The notes under the pieces are model-generated. The model saw only the letters and a list, made by a program, of their open reading frames with translations. It was not told the origin of the DNA and ran no database searches. From the human T2T-CHM13v2.0 reference genome, Homo sapiens: a stretch of 64,000 nucleotides of DNA. A program made the position numbers and the translations under genes. This document shows positions 1 to 13,680 of this stretch, piece after piece (position 1 is the first letter of the stretch; each line of letters opens with the position of its first letter). The stretch lies in NCBI RefSeq assembly GCF_009914755.1, contig NC_060926.1. One strand, 5' to 3'.

Positions 1-554
1 AGCAACAGTCCCTGGACTCTGTCATCCCTAGTAGCTGTCTTACACAGTATCCAGCACTCTTCAGCTAACACTTTCCACCCTTCCAACCCATTTTGCCTAA
101 ATCTTATCAAACTGTGAAGGCCAGATTTTTCTAGACCTTCTAGAACTTCCACTGCAATGTATTTTGAGACTCATCAAGACCACCAATCCAAGGACCCCAT
201 AACTTTCTTATTATTTTGTCTTATTTTCTTAGTGTCTATTACACAGTCCATTATCACAACTACTATCTTATAAACACCCTTAGATTCCATGCCACTGTCT
301 CTGATGTACCTTCCAGGGAAGACTCTGAACCTGATTTTGCCCAATTTTTGCTTCTTTTTACACTGCCAACTGAATGGCTGAGCTGGCCAACCTCTACTGT
401 GCACTCAACATAGTCCAGAATTTATGCCACATTTCTACATTTTAAGATAATAATTTCAACCACCCCCATCTCTCCTCACATCAACCCTCCAGCCCCCTTA
501 AATACCAGCAACAATGTTGCCCTATTCTTCATTAAGAAGGTAGAAACTGTTGAA

Positions 555-934
555 TGCTGCTGGACTGAACTATGTTCCTCCAAAATTGATATGTTGAATA
601 CCCTCACCCCCACCCCCAGGGTGACTATAGCTGGAGATGGGGCCCTTAGAAAGAAGTTAAGGTTACACGGGGTCATTAGGGTGGGGCCCTAAGTCAATGG
701 GGCTGGTAGTCTTATAAGAAGAGGAAGAGACCCCAGAGTGTTCACTCTATCATGTGAGGACAAAGCAAGAAGGCAGCCATCTGCAACCCAAGGAGATAGC
801 CCTCGCCAGATATCAATGCCACTGGCACCTTGGTTTGGACTTCCTGTCTCCACAACTGGGAGAAAATTAATTTCTCTTATTTAAGCTACCAAGTCTATAG
901 TATTTTGTTACGGCAGCCCAAGCAGACTAGTACA
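555..934 (+). mobile_element. MaLR solo LTR, MLT1A-like, inside older L2-like sequence
   Basis: Starts TGCTGCTGGACTGAA, has the GAGATGGGGCCCTT...AAGGCAGCCATCTGCAA body, ends GCAGCCCAAGCAGACTAGTACA as MLT1A LTRs do. Confidence 0.8.
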
Positions 935-1917
935 GATGGAAACCATCACCTTCTCACCAACAAATCTACAAACCTCCACACACACCCATCTTCCTTTCCT
1001 TCTCACCTAGTGTAAGGGGAAGTCAATTTCATGACTGCTTCTCAAGAAGTCTTAAAGCTTCTCGAAGACTTTGTTCATTTGATCTATTCTTTTTGCTCTT
1101 ATAAATTAATATCTACTTCTCTGCAGAATTATTTGCAATATCCTGCAAACATGCTTCAATATCTCCCATGTTAGAAAAAAAATTATGTCCTCATCTTTCT
1201 CATATTGCCACCACAGTTATTGATTTCCATTCCCAACTCAATCTCTTGAAAGAGATGACCACACATTGTTTTCATCTGCCCACCTCTCACTCACTTTTCC
1301 CCTACTGCAACTCATACTAATTGCTACATTTCCTTGATAAGTTCACTGTTGCAATTATCTAATGTTGCATATCAAAGCACGCTAACTTTGTGGCTTAAAA
1401 CAATAACAGCTCACAAACCACTCATGGGACAGGGTTCAGTAGAACCATCTGGGTGGCTTAAGGCTGTAGACAAGAATCATCTAAAGGCTCTGCCATTTCC
1501 ATGTCTGGCAGTAGAGGCTGAGGAGCTCAAAACACATCAGACTCCAACAGCGGAGGCTCTTCCAGCATCTTTCTATGGCTCTATGTGGTCTCCATGTGAA
1601 ATCTCCAGTATGGCAGCTTCACTGTAGTCAGACTTTTTCCAAGTTATCTCTAGAATATGAAGGAGCATGCCCCAAAAGAGAAGTGCCAGTAACTATGTGT
1701 GTAAAAAATTAAACTAAAATTCAGCGGTGTAAAACTACCATTTCTTATGCTAACTAATTCTGTGGGTCAGGAATTCAAACAGGACAGAAGAGGGATGCCC
1801 CATCTCCTTGCCATGTCTGGGGCCTCCTCTGGAAGATTCAAAGACTGGGAACTGGAGTAGTTGAAGCTCACTGTAAGCCAAAACCTCAGTCGGAATATCC
1901 ACACAAAGCCTCTCCAT

Positions 1918-2253
1918 ATGTCCCCACCCAAAAGTCATCTTGAATTGTAGTTTCCATAATCCCCACTTGTGTGAGGGAACTGATGGGAGGTAATTGAATC
2001 ATGGGGATGGTTACCCTCATGCTGCTGTTCTCCTGATAGTGAGTGAGTTCTCATGAGATCTGATGGTTTTATAGGGGCTTTCTCCCTTTGTTTGGCACTT
2101 CTCTCTCCTGCTGCCATGTGAAGATTACCATGATGGTAAGTTTCATGAGGCCTCCCCAGCCATGTGGAACTGTGAGTCAACTAAACCTCTTTCCTTTATA
2201 AATCACCCAGCCTCGGGCAGTTCTTTGCAGCAGCATGAGAACGGACTAATACA
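1918..2253 (+). mobile_element. THE1 (THE1C/D-like) solo LTR, first ~15 bp missing, nested in an older MLT1 remnant
   Basis: TGTCCCCACCCAA...CATCTTGAATTGTAG, GTTCTCATGAGATCTGATGGTTTTATA, CCCAGCCATGTGGAACTGTGAGTCAA, ends GGACTAATACA. Confidence 0.85.
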
Positions 2254-2301
2254 CCTGAGCTTCCTCAAGATGTGATGACCGGGTTTCAAGCATGAGCCCT
2301 G

Positions 2302-2345
<44 letters not shown>
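2302..2345. repeat. (AAAG)n(GA)n microsatellite
   Basis: Read directly. Confidence 0.95.
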
Positions 2346-2351
<6 letters not shown>

Positions 2352-3169
2352 GACCAACTCAGGCTAAGTCATTTTATAACCTAGCTTTGGAAGGCTGTAC
2401 ATCAAGGTTTTATCTTGGGGCTGCAGCCTTTATAGGGCTTAAATATTATATTTATCCTAATGAGTCCAAAATTTATTCCAGTTTCAGAGATTTACCCTAA
2501 GCTTTGATGTCTCCACTTACAACTGATAGGTTTTTCAAACTTATCAAACCTAAAAAAGGTAACTAGATTTCCCCTATCATCCTCTAGTCTTATATATTTC
2601 AGTAACTATCATGATCAAGCCAAAATCCTGAGAATTGTCTTTGTATTTTCCATTTCCCTCTGTTCCTTCCCTCCAATTCATCAGTAAACCTGGATTCTAT
2701 CTACAAAATACACTTCAAATACATTCTCTTTATTTTTTTCATCATCACCTTATTCTGAGACACCAATATCTTTTTCCTGGATGACTAAGTTAGCCTCCTA
2801 ACTTGTAGAAAGCATCAGGAACATGTTTGTGAACATCTAAGCTTTTAATACCCTTTGATCAGCCTTCCCTCAATATTATCTAAATAAAACACCCAGGACT
2901 GTGTTGGAGTGAAAGCTCCTTGTCTCTGAACACCACTGGCTTCCACCTTGCAATGCCTCTCTGTTGATAGGAGCCCAGAGAAATGGCTCCCTATTATGTT
3001 TGTCTCGATGGAATTATGTTGTACTATTAGTGAAAAAATATTCACCTTGCCTAGAAAAGCATGGTGAATGTAAAAAAGTATTACATCTTTTTCTCTGTTC
3101 ACCTGACAACATTCTTCAAGATACACAGATCTTGTTAATTAGGTACATTTCTCTTGATTTAATAATTTA

Positions 3170-3640
3170 TCAAAAATTGCTTACTGAATGCCTTTTGTAT
3201 GCCAGGCCTTGTTCTCTAGTTGCTGGGGAAATGGGAAAACAAAACAGAGCTTCAAATAAGGAAAGGGCAGACAACAAAAATCAAATGTGAAACGTGTCAA
3301 GAGGCAATAAGAGCTGTGCAGAAAAATAAAGCAGAGAAAGGGAGGTGGAAAGTGACAGGACAGGCACAGGGTATGCACTGGTTTCCATCTGTTGGTGAGG
3401 AAATGCATCCTTTCAAGACGACGTTTGAGCAGAGAACTGGATGATGTAAAGGAGCAGCTATGTGGGTATCTCAGGACAAGTGTTCCAGGCAGAGGGAATA
3501 ACAAGTCCAAGGGCCCTGAAGCTGATGTGTGCTTGGCATATTCAAGGAACCACAAGGAGGCCAATGCTGCTGGAGCAGTGTGAGCAAGGAGAGGTTGGTG
3601 AAGGATGAGGCTGGAGAGGTAGAGCAGGAGTACACTGAAG
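3170..3640 (-). mobile_element. L2 3' region
   Basis: TACTGAATGCC...TATGCCAGGC and TTCCAGGCAGAGGGAATAACAAGTCCAAGGGCCCTGA match antisense L2a. Confidence 0.75.
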
Positions 3641-3909
3641 GTTCATTGAGCAGACTGTGTAATAAGGCTGAGAGTGTTTTAGTGGAAGTGGTGCTCTTGT
3701 TTTCTAACCTTTGGTGCATGCCAGAGGTAGAGAGGGTGTGTTATCAGCCACAAACAAACCTCCAGGGTAGTAGACATATGTGTGACATTGGTTTCCCTTA
3801 TGAACCCCAACATCTATTCAATATATGCAAAGCACCAGATACAATACCTGGACATAGCAGTTTCGCAATAAATGACAACTGCTATTGTTTCTTATCAAGT
3901 TTGGGGTTG

Positions 3910-4095
3910 ATTGGGAAGCCTAGGTTCAAGTCCCAAATCCAGCACTTACATCTTATCTGTGTGACCTCCAGCAAATCACCTAACTTCTCTGGTCCTCTCT
4001 GACTATGGTGTCAATAAATGGATTGATTGACAAAATACATGGCATAGCACAGTGCTTGGTACATATTCAGGGCTCAATAACTTTCTTATTGTTAT
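3910..4095 (+). mobile_element. MIR SINE fragment
   Basis: GGTTCAAGTCCC...TGTGTGACCTCCAGCAAATCACCTAACTTCTCTG core, then AGCACAGTGCTTGGTACATA. Confidence 0.6.
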
Positions 4096-4249
4096 CATCA
4101 GGGAGCTTCTAATCTCCTCCCTTTGTTGCAACAGCATGGAGATGAGAGATATCCTATAGACATAGTGGATATTTTTATGGGCATTTCTAGACCCTCTTCC
4201 CCACAGCTGTTTTCCTTGTTTTATTCATGTCTCTGTTCACTGGGCCACC

Positions 4250-4482
4250 GTCACTCTGTATTCCTTGTCCTGCTTTATTTGTCCTCCATCACAGTGATTG
4301 ACGTAAAATCTGCTAGACATCTACTTTAGTACTGTCTGTCTCTTTCAACTAAAATATAAACTCCATGAGGGCAAAAGGAGCCTTTTCTTCTTTAGTTCAT
4401 TGATGTAGCTCCAATGCATAGAATAGTGCCTGGAGGATAGTAAGCTCACGAGTAACATTTGTTCATTTGTTGAATAAATAAA
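4250..4482 (+). mobile_element. L2 3' end
   Basis: TAAACTCCATGAGGGCA...AGAATAGTGCCTGG...ATTTGTTGAATAAATAA. Confidence 0.65.
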
Positions 4483-7400
4483 CAACAACAAAAAACAAAT
4501 TTCAGGGGGGCTCTTCCATCAGCAAGAATGGGTAACACCCTAAGTCACATACCTTGGCCTAGGCATTTAGCACTCTGATTTTCCTAATACAGAGCAATGT
4601 TCCTTTACATCACTATCATGAACATTAGGGCACTGAACACGTTGGATTTCAAGCCTGACAATTTGGAGAGCTCTAGAGTTAGACCAATTTACTTACCAGA
4701 ACAAGCAGCCAGCCCTATCTCTACACCAGCCTCATGTGGGCCATTGGGGCCTCACTCTGCCAACCACCCTGTGAGCTGAGAGCAGGTAGTGAGTGCTGTA
4801 AATTTCTTCCATTAGTGACTGCCAAACAGTCCTTTCCCCCACAGCATTGGCTTCTCACTTAAGTCACATATTTCTATTTGTAATTTCTCCAAAGGGTCAT
4901 TTCAGATATTTCACTTCCTGAAATTATAGTGATTGTATATTTTAGGCTATTTGCAGCCCTGCCTTATCCACCAGAGACTGGGCGTAGAAAGATGGAAGAG
5001 ACATAAGATTTCCTTTGGCTACATTTGGTCTAATCAGTATGAACTTCACAAAGAACCATCTCGCTCATTTCCCCAGAGCCAAGAGAGACTTATGGAAGCT
5101 GTTCTACAAAATAGCAATTGTATTTTATTTTTCATCACTGTATTTTCTTGGGGAAGTGTGGCCTGGGGTTATTTTTGCACTGGGTGGCAGGTTTGACTTC
5201 AATCTTCACACATGCTGCCTGGGGGTAGGGATTTATTCCGGCAAATAGCAAAGAGCAGGTCTCTAACAATTCTTGTAACAAAAACTTTCACATTGGAGCT
5301 GTAACGTTTTGGGTTCTTCTGGTTAACTTGAATACGTCTGTGTGACCCAGCTGGTCACCTTGTTTTTCCTCTAAGGTCCGTAAGTCAACCACTGAAACCA
5401 CTGAGAGTCATCGATGGAAATTGCCAGTGTTTGCAAAATGTCTCTGAGAAAGAAATCTTACCTTTTAACTCTTCCTAAAGTAAAACGAATGAGCTTCATT
5501 CCGTTCCCACCTTGTCTGAGTATGAAAATTCAGCTTAGCAAAATGCTAACCCTCACCTTGGTGGGATCAGACACTTTGTGCCCCAGGAGGTATCACAGGA
5601 AAGCTGCTTTTGGGGGAGCTCTGGCTGGCAAAGCATGGAAGAGCATGCAGGACACTGCTCCCTTCTTCCAGGCAGGCAGGGTGTGAGGGATGAGATCAGC
5701 TTTCCTGACTAGAGATCTAATTTAAATAATGGCGGATTTATATAATAGCAGATTCATTTGCTGTCTCTAGATCAAGATTGCCAGAAACTGTAAGGGTAAG
5801 GTTTGCATTCATAATAAAGCTGGGGGCGGGGGTGGGGGTGGTGGTGGTTGTTTCCACTAAAAGAACTGTCACTCATCCTGGGACAGGAAACGTGGGCATC
5901 CCTTCGGAACTGAAATGGAGAGGGACTTCCTACACTCTTTATCCCAGGGCAAGAGGTCATGGGCGGGGTAGGAACAGTCCTGACTGGTAAGTGTGATCAG
6001 AGAAACCTCTGAGTGCACTGGGGATGTGCCCTGGGGACAATGGGGGTGTGTTGATTTCAAAAAGTTATGTAAGTAAAACACTACAATGCAGGCCCAGGCC
6101 CAAGGTGGTGGAAAGCAAGCCCAGGTGAGTGCAGCAATGAGGTGGTCTTCCTCCACCACCCTACCGCTACATGATCCAGGGAAGTCAGGAAGGGGTGGAG
6201 AGATGGGAGCCATCAATGAGTCCCTCCCATCTCTACTGGAAGTAAATCTTTCCCTTTCTTGATCCTCATAGTGGATGGTGGCCCAAGGGTAACAAATGTC
6301 CAGGATAATTCACTCAGATTAAGTTGACAGACAGGAAATGATAAAAAGAGATTAAATTAGCTGTAAAGTTGTGAGTGTGTGTATCTGTGTGACAGATAAG
6401 GTGGTCAAGACAGTGCTATGGGGTAGCTGAGAAGGTTGACTGTGCTGACACTCTGGAAAGATGAGTTCACCTTCAGAGAATCCCAGATATTCATGAGGTT
6501 CTTCCTAAATGGAAAGCATGCAGGACAAAATGCAGAAATGGCCTTAGTTCTCATAACAGATGCCTCCCCTAGGCTGAAACCCAGCCTGGTGCCCTGCAGC
6601 TGATACTGGATCTTTTATGTTGTTCTAAATTAAATTCAGAGCAATTCAGCCTCTGCCACAAGTACTATTATGTGGGCTTACTTTCACTAAATCTATGTTT
6701 ATGGGAACATAAAATACATGTTGTTCCTATCATCAGATTTTATTATTGATGATGATCTCTGATTCGTGCCCATCAACTGCCCTTTTAATCACTGTCAGTC
6801 ATTTAAAATAAGGTCCTTCCTCCACTCAACTGTATTTAGGGCTAATTAAGAGTAAATAACTATTCCCAGCAAGGAAGGCAGAATCCAAGCAAATCTTTGA
6901 CAAATGCAGCCTTCCCTTTGGAGAAACATATTCTTGTCTGCTGCCAGTAAATATTTCCATACAACCAAAAGAAACTCTGTATTTTCCCCCTATAGAGAAT
7001 GTCACGCTGCTTTAATACAAGTAGGGAAAAATAAGTACCATTGAAGGCCAGGAAGGAAAACACAAGAAGCATTTAATTAAGAAAAAATATGTAATTCTCC
7101 ATCTCTTTCAGTGTATCCCAGCTCCATTTGCTTGCCGTCCTCAGCTGTATGAAGCAAATGAATGCAATCACAGGCTTTTAGCTCCCACTCAAGTCTGACA
7201 TTTCCCCTAAATCTTCCCTCCTCCCTCCACTCCCACCCTCTCTGTGATGCAACACAATTCATTCATTATACTTTGAAGGTTACAGTCGATTGCTCCAAGA
7301 CAAGAATGCAAAATGGATAGGACCAGACTTCCTGCATTTCAAAGGTTCATCTTGATTTCGGTTCCGCAGGCTCTCTGCAATGTATTACCCAAAAGACTGC

Positions 7401-7907
7401 TAAATTTTGCTTTGACTGGGCCTTTGAATTTCCTCCTTTCATTTAAAGATGAGAGTTGTGGTTACTTTGCGAATTATAGATTTTAATATTTCTTATATTT
7501 CCATTTTCCACTGGACTCTTACAGCTATTTTTGTGTATTTCTTCTAACTTTTAAAAGTTAAAATGTAATGTCTTCCCACCCAGGAGACGAAGAAGAAAGG
7601 AGTGCATTAAAAGACACATAAGCTCAGAAAAATTGGGCTGACTGAAGAAAAAAAAAGTACACTTTGAGCTATCCATATGGAAATATAAGAAATATTTCTT
7701 ATATTTATCCCTATTTATGGAAATGTAAGAAAGCTCTATTATAAAATGTGGAGTTGGAACAAATTAACATAATGAAGAAACAAGCAAGGGTTTTTTTAAA
7801 TGCAAACACGTTTAAATAAGAAATTTTATATGCATTCAACAGAGTGATTGGACATCAACAATGTAATGCTCTGTTCAGTCCTTCTTACTCATTTCTCCAA
7901 CTAGTTT

Positions 7908-8465
7908 CTTTTTTTATTAAACTTTTAAGTTCACGAGTACATGTGCAGGTTTGTTATACAGGTAAACTGCATGTCAAGGGGGTTCGTTGTACAGATTATT
8001 TCATCACCCAGGTACTAAGCATAGTACCCATTATTTTCCCTGATCCTGTCCCTCCTCCCACCCTCTACCCTCAGGGAGGCCCCAGTGTCTATTGTTCCCC
8101 CCTTAGTGTCCATGTGTTCTCATAATTTAGTTCCCACTTGTGAGTGAGAACATGTAGTATTTCGTTTTCCATCCATGTGCTAGTTTGCTAAGGATAATGT
8201 CCTCCAGCTCCATCCATGTTTCTGCAAAGGACATGATCTCATTCTTTTTTTTATGGCTTCATAGTATTCCATGGTGTGTATACATCACATTTTCTTTATT
8301 CAATCTGTCATTGATGGGCATTTAGGTTGATTCCACGTCTTTACTATTGTGAATAATGCTGCAATGAACATACATATGCATGTGTGTTTATGATAGAACA
8401 ATTTATATTTCTTTGGGTATATCCCCAGTAATGGGATCGCTGGGTTGAATAGTAGTTCTGTTTTT
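7908..8465 (-). mobile_element. 5'-truncated L1PA (older, about L1PA13-16) 3' end
   Basis: Poly-T then GTACATGTGCAGGTTTGTTATACAGGTAAACT...GATTATTTCATCACCCAGGTACTAAGCATAGTACCC; degenerate TSD CCAACTAGTTTCT / CCAGCTAAAGTTTCT. Confidence 0.85.
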
Positions 8466-8649
8466 CCAGCTAAAGTTTCTTAACTCTTGTTTTTGTTGAT
8501 TCTCCAAGGAGGCTAGAAACATTAATAATCTTTAGAATTATTTTTACTTGATTCACTTAAAAATCATAGGCAGATTCCAGCTTACTAAGTGCTAGTTGGC
8601 ACCAATGTGCTAAGTTTTGCTGCATATTGATTATGGAATCCTGGTTCAA

Positions 8650-9090
8650 TTATTCTTTCCACAACTCTTTGTTAAGAATGTATCATCTGTCAGGTAGAGC
8701 TCCAAATGCTGAGAATACGGAAGCAAAAGAAATGCGAAATGCAGACTTAGCCTGCAGAGCTTACATTCTGATAAGGAAGATATCCAATAACAAATGGGCA
8801 CATCACATTTCACGAGTCATTTGTGCTATGAATAAAGGCATAGATCTTATCAGGTGAGGCCGGCTATTTTAGAGAAGGTCACTAGGAAAGGCCTTATCCA
8901 GTAGGTGACTTTTGAGCAAAGACTGTAATAGGCAAGGCAGAGAGTGGTAAGAGATAGGTTGGGGGGATGAGCATGACCAGCCTTGCAGACCATGGCAAAG
9001 ATTTGGACCTTGAATTTGAGGGAGAATGAAAGGCTTGGCTCTTCGAAGTTGCATGATTTCATGAAGATTTCTCTGGCTATGTGGAGAATC
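8650..9090 (-). mobile_element. L2 fragment
   Basis: GGTGACTTTTGAGCAAAGAC, GCCTTGCAGACCATGGCAAAGATTTGGA, CTCTGGCTATGTGGAGAAT. Confidence 0.6.
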
Positions 9091-9100
9091 AGCTCTTGGG

Positions 9101-9227
9101 TAAGATTGCCATGTAAAACTTAGGATGCTCAGTTAAATTTGAATTTCAGATGAACAACAAATAATTTTAGTATAAGCATGTCCCAAATATATCATGGGGC
9201 ATACTTATACTAAAAACAATTTATTGT
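9101..9227. mobile_element. MER53 palindromic MITE, right arm truncated
   Basis: AGTTAAATTTGAATTTCAGATGAACAACAAATAATTTTAGTATAAGCATGTCCCAAATAT...TGGGGCATACTTATACTAAAA matches MER53 with its central inverted repeat. Confidence 0.85.
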
Positions 9228-9392
9228 GAGGCCAGGACGCCTAAAATAAAATGCTGCAGTCACTAACCAACCTGAGAATAATCCTTGCATGGTTCGCTAT
9301 TCTCTTGTTTTTCCAATCCGTTTTCTTCCCACTCTCCAGGTAAACTCTTCCAGCCTGATGCTCATGGATTTCTAGTGAAGGTAAGGCTGTGA

Positions 9393-9722
<330 letters not shown>

Positions 9723-10276
9723 CCATCTATCTCTTTAACAAGCCCCTGTTTACTTCCTCTTTGCACAGTCTCTATCTAGGCTTCTGACTAGTGGCTCTGT
9801 CCTTCCTTCATGACATGCTAGCATCTCAGAGTATTGCGATTGTACTCCTATCCCCAAGGCAATGCTGCTGGAACTTTGTGAGGACACACACACACGCACA
9901 GACACACACAGAGAGAGAGAGAGGGAGACTGAAAGAGAAATTGGGCTGCTAGTCATTGTTTCCTAAGCACCCAGGACTAAGGACTAACCTGCTAAGTGTA
10001 CTTGGGTACACTTAGTCAGACCATGACTCTCTCCCTGATCAGTATTAGCTATGAGAGCAAGATGATCCTCTACCCAATAGCAACATGCATTGATAAATCA
10101 GGTATCACAAACACTTGCAGACAATGAAGGCTCATTCTTGACACTACACGTCAAAGATGGAGAGCCAAGCAGTAGTTTTTAATGAGAAATGTGAGAGGCA
10201 ATTTTCTGTTTCTTAGCATTTAAGAAAACCAGAAATTACAGACAGTTGAAGAACTAAAGCTGGTTTCCTAGTATAA

Positions 10277-10671
10277 TGTATTAGTAGGCTCAGGCCACCG
10301 TAATGAATTCTCACAGATGGAGTGATTTAAACACCAAAAATTTGTTTTCTCAGTTCTGGAGGCTGAAGCCCAAGATCAAGGTGTGGGAAGGACTGGTTTC
10401 TTCTAAGGCCTGTCTCCCTGACTTGCAGATGTTTCTCTCTTTCCTCATGTGGTCTTTCCTCTTTGTGCACGCATCCCTGTTGGTCCCTGGTGTCCAAATT
10501 GCCTTTTCTTATAGGGACACCAGCCATATCAGATTAGGGCCTACCCTAATGGGATCATCTTAATAATCTCTTTAAAGACCCATTTCTAATACACAGGAGT
10601 CACACTCGGAGGCACTGGAGGCTAGGGCTTCAATACATGTATCTTGAAGGGACACAATTCAACTCATAACA
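10277..10671 (-). mobile_element. MLT1A/B-like solo LTR
   Basis: TGTATTAGT...TCTCAGTTCTGGAGGCTGAAGCCCAAGATCAAGGTG...GGGACACAATTCAACTCATAACA. Confidence 0.8.
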
Positions 10672-10920
10672 AGTGAGGATACACTTATAATGACAGTTGG
10701 AGTCCCCAGCAGCTGAGGGACTGAAAAACCAAATTGGATTCCCGGAACAGCAGAATAACAGGGCTCTCTACTAGTGGTCAGGATGAGAAACAAATGAATG
10801 GAACACAGGGTCAGATACTCACCTGGGCCTAGCAGCCCTCCGGTCTCAAATGTGAAATATCTGTTTTCTCAGTGGATGAGCAGTCACCTGCTCTTTTCTC
10901 ATGGGGAGTCAACTAGTCCA

Positions 10921-11363
10921 TTTCCGTGTGATGAGACCACCAGACAGGCTTTGTGTGAGCAATAAAGCTTTTGAATCACCTGGGTGCAGGCAGGCTGAGT
11001 CTGAAAAGAGAGTCAGCGAAGGGAGATAGGGGCAGGGCTGTTTTATAAGATTTGGGTGGGTAGTGGAAGATTACAGTCAAAGGGGGTTGTTCTCTGGCTA
11101 GCAGGGGTGGGGGGTCACAAGGTGCTCAGTGGGGGAGCTTTTGAGCCAGGATGAGTCAGGAGAAGGAATTTCACAAGGTAATGTCATCAGTTAAGGCAGG
11201 GACTGGCCATTTTCACTTCTTTTGTGGTGGAATGTCATCAGTTAAGGCAGGAACAGACTATTTTCACTTCTTTTGTGATTCTTCAGTTACTTCAGGCCAT
11301 CTGGATGTATACGTGCAGGTCACAGGGGATATGATGGCTTAGATTGGGCTCAGAGGCCTGACA
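10921..11363 (-). mobile_element. Solo LTR7 (HERV-H LTR)
   Basis: Minus strand starts TGTCAGGCCTCTGAGCCCAA and has repeated CACAAAAGAAGTGAAAAT / CCTTAACTGATGACATT units plus TATAAAA (~11041-11047); perfect 5-bp TSD GTCCA at 10916-10920 and 11364-11368; clearly homologous to the proviral LTRs in this window. Confidence 0.97.
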
Positions 11364-11655
11364 GTCCATAAGGAATATAGAAAGATTAGGAAAGCGTGTA
11401 TAACACATAATTCAAAATTTAATTCTAAAAACCCCCCGATCTGTAAAGTTTGACAATCATCAACCATAGACTATGTTAAAAGGGTTTGAAGTGGTTTTAT
11501 GACATGGCAAGGGGCATAATAAGCCTTTTGATAATGGGAGAGTAGTAAGCACAGAAGAAAAATTTGGAAACCACTATCCAGACTAGTGATTTTAAAACTG
11601 TTCAAATGATATTAATCTGATGGCAGAGGAGAGCAAACCCTGGCTGAGATAAGAA

Positions 11656-12354
<699 letters not shown>

Positions 12355-12527
12355 AGAAGAGAGAATGGGTGATTGCGCCTTACCATAAAAATATTTTTAA
12401 GCTCTACATTTGGTTCTATAACAGTTTTTCTTTTTTAATTTTGATAAAAAACCTGTGTTACTTTTGTCCCTCAAATCCCTCAAGAAAGTTCATGCTCCAA
12501 CAAGGGGCATCGTGTTTATCATGGAAC

Positions 12528-12858
12528 CAAGACAGCTGGGTGGGAAGGGCTCCCTGTCAAAACTCCAACCAGCCTGTGCACTGGGAGGAATGAACAGTGG
12601 GATGGAGCCACAGAAGTCTGCACCATTTGCAGCAGGGAAGGGTCTGGCCCCTCCTCTTCCTGTGTGCAACCTGAGATTCAAACTACGAGGTGAGAATTGC
12701 ACCAGCAGGGACTCCGGCTTTATGGAGGGTCCCTGTTTCCCTTTTTACCCAATAACACACTGCCTTACTCACCCTTCAAATTGTCTGCAAGCCTAAATTT
12801 TCGTAGCCCTGTGACAAGGACCCTGTATTTAGCTGAACTAAGGAAAAGTCCCACAACA
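12528..12858 (+). mobile_element. MER61 ERV1 solo LTR, full length
   Basis: AGACAGCTGGGTGGGAAGGG...CCCCTCCTCTTCCTGTGTG...TTTAGCTGAACTAAGGAAAAGTCCCACAACA; 4-bp TSD GAAC on both sides. Confidence 0.8.
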
Positions 12859-13164
12859 GAACTTTGCCTGACCTCTGGCATCATCTTCTCAGCTCCCTGC
12901 TTATCTGTGCCTCAGCTGGAGAATCGACCTCAGAGGCTTATGTGTCCTCAAATAGCAAGGAGTAAGACCCTTCAGACAAAAAGTCTTACTCATAACCTCA
13001 TTAAGCCTTGGCCATAGGACTTGCTCCAGGCATTCTATGAGTACATGAAGGTCTAGATTCTAGTGCAGACAAAGACTGAATTCCTCCTTTCTCATCCCAA
13101 GGCAGCTGCTCTACAAATCTCCCTGACTACCCCAGGAGCTCCCACCATTTCTTTGTTAGTTAAC

Positions 13165-13680
13165 GTTATCAGTTGTCTGTGTACAATTAGGATGCATAAC
13201 AAGCAACCACAAAACCTCTGTGGTATAAAACAATATACTTTTTAAAAAATTTTTTTTGCTTATGACTCTATGACTTGGCTGGACAGTTCTGCTGATCTTG
13301 GCTGGGCTTAGATAAGCAGTTCTTCTTCTCTTGGCTGGGAGTGACTCATAAGTCTGACCGTGCACTGGCTTTTACTTCACGTGGAAGGGTCTTGGCTGAG
13401 ATAACTGGCTTTGCTCCACATGGTCTCTCATCCTCCAGCCAGCTAGGCCAGGCTTGTTCTCATGATGGAGAGAATAGAGAGCAGAGGTGTTACAAGCCCT
13501 CAGAAGGCCTGGTTCAGAGGCAAGGCCACCTTCTATTGACCAAAGTAAATCAAAAGTCCAACCCAGATTGAAGGAACAGGAAAACAGACTATACTCTTGA
13601 TGGAAGAAGCAGCAAAATCACACTGCAAAGGGCACAGATTCAGGGATGGGTAGAGAACTGAGGTTGTTTTCTCAGTCAAA
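13165..13680 (-). mobile_element. Old MaLR LTR (MLT1H-like)
   Basis: GCATAACAAGCAACCACAAAACC, GGCTGGACAGTTCTGCTGATCTTGGCTGGGCT, CTCTTGATGGAAGAAGCAGCAAAATCACACTGCAAAGGGCA. Confidence 0.7.

Noticed and set aside
3181-4002. 127-157 aa ORFs as host genes
   Set aside because: They overlap L2/MIR sequence, have no recognisable domain and lack clear exon structure
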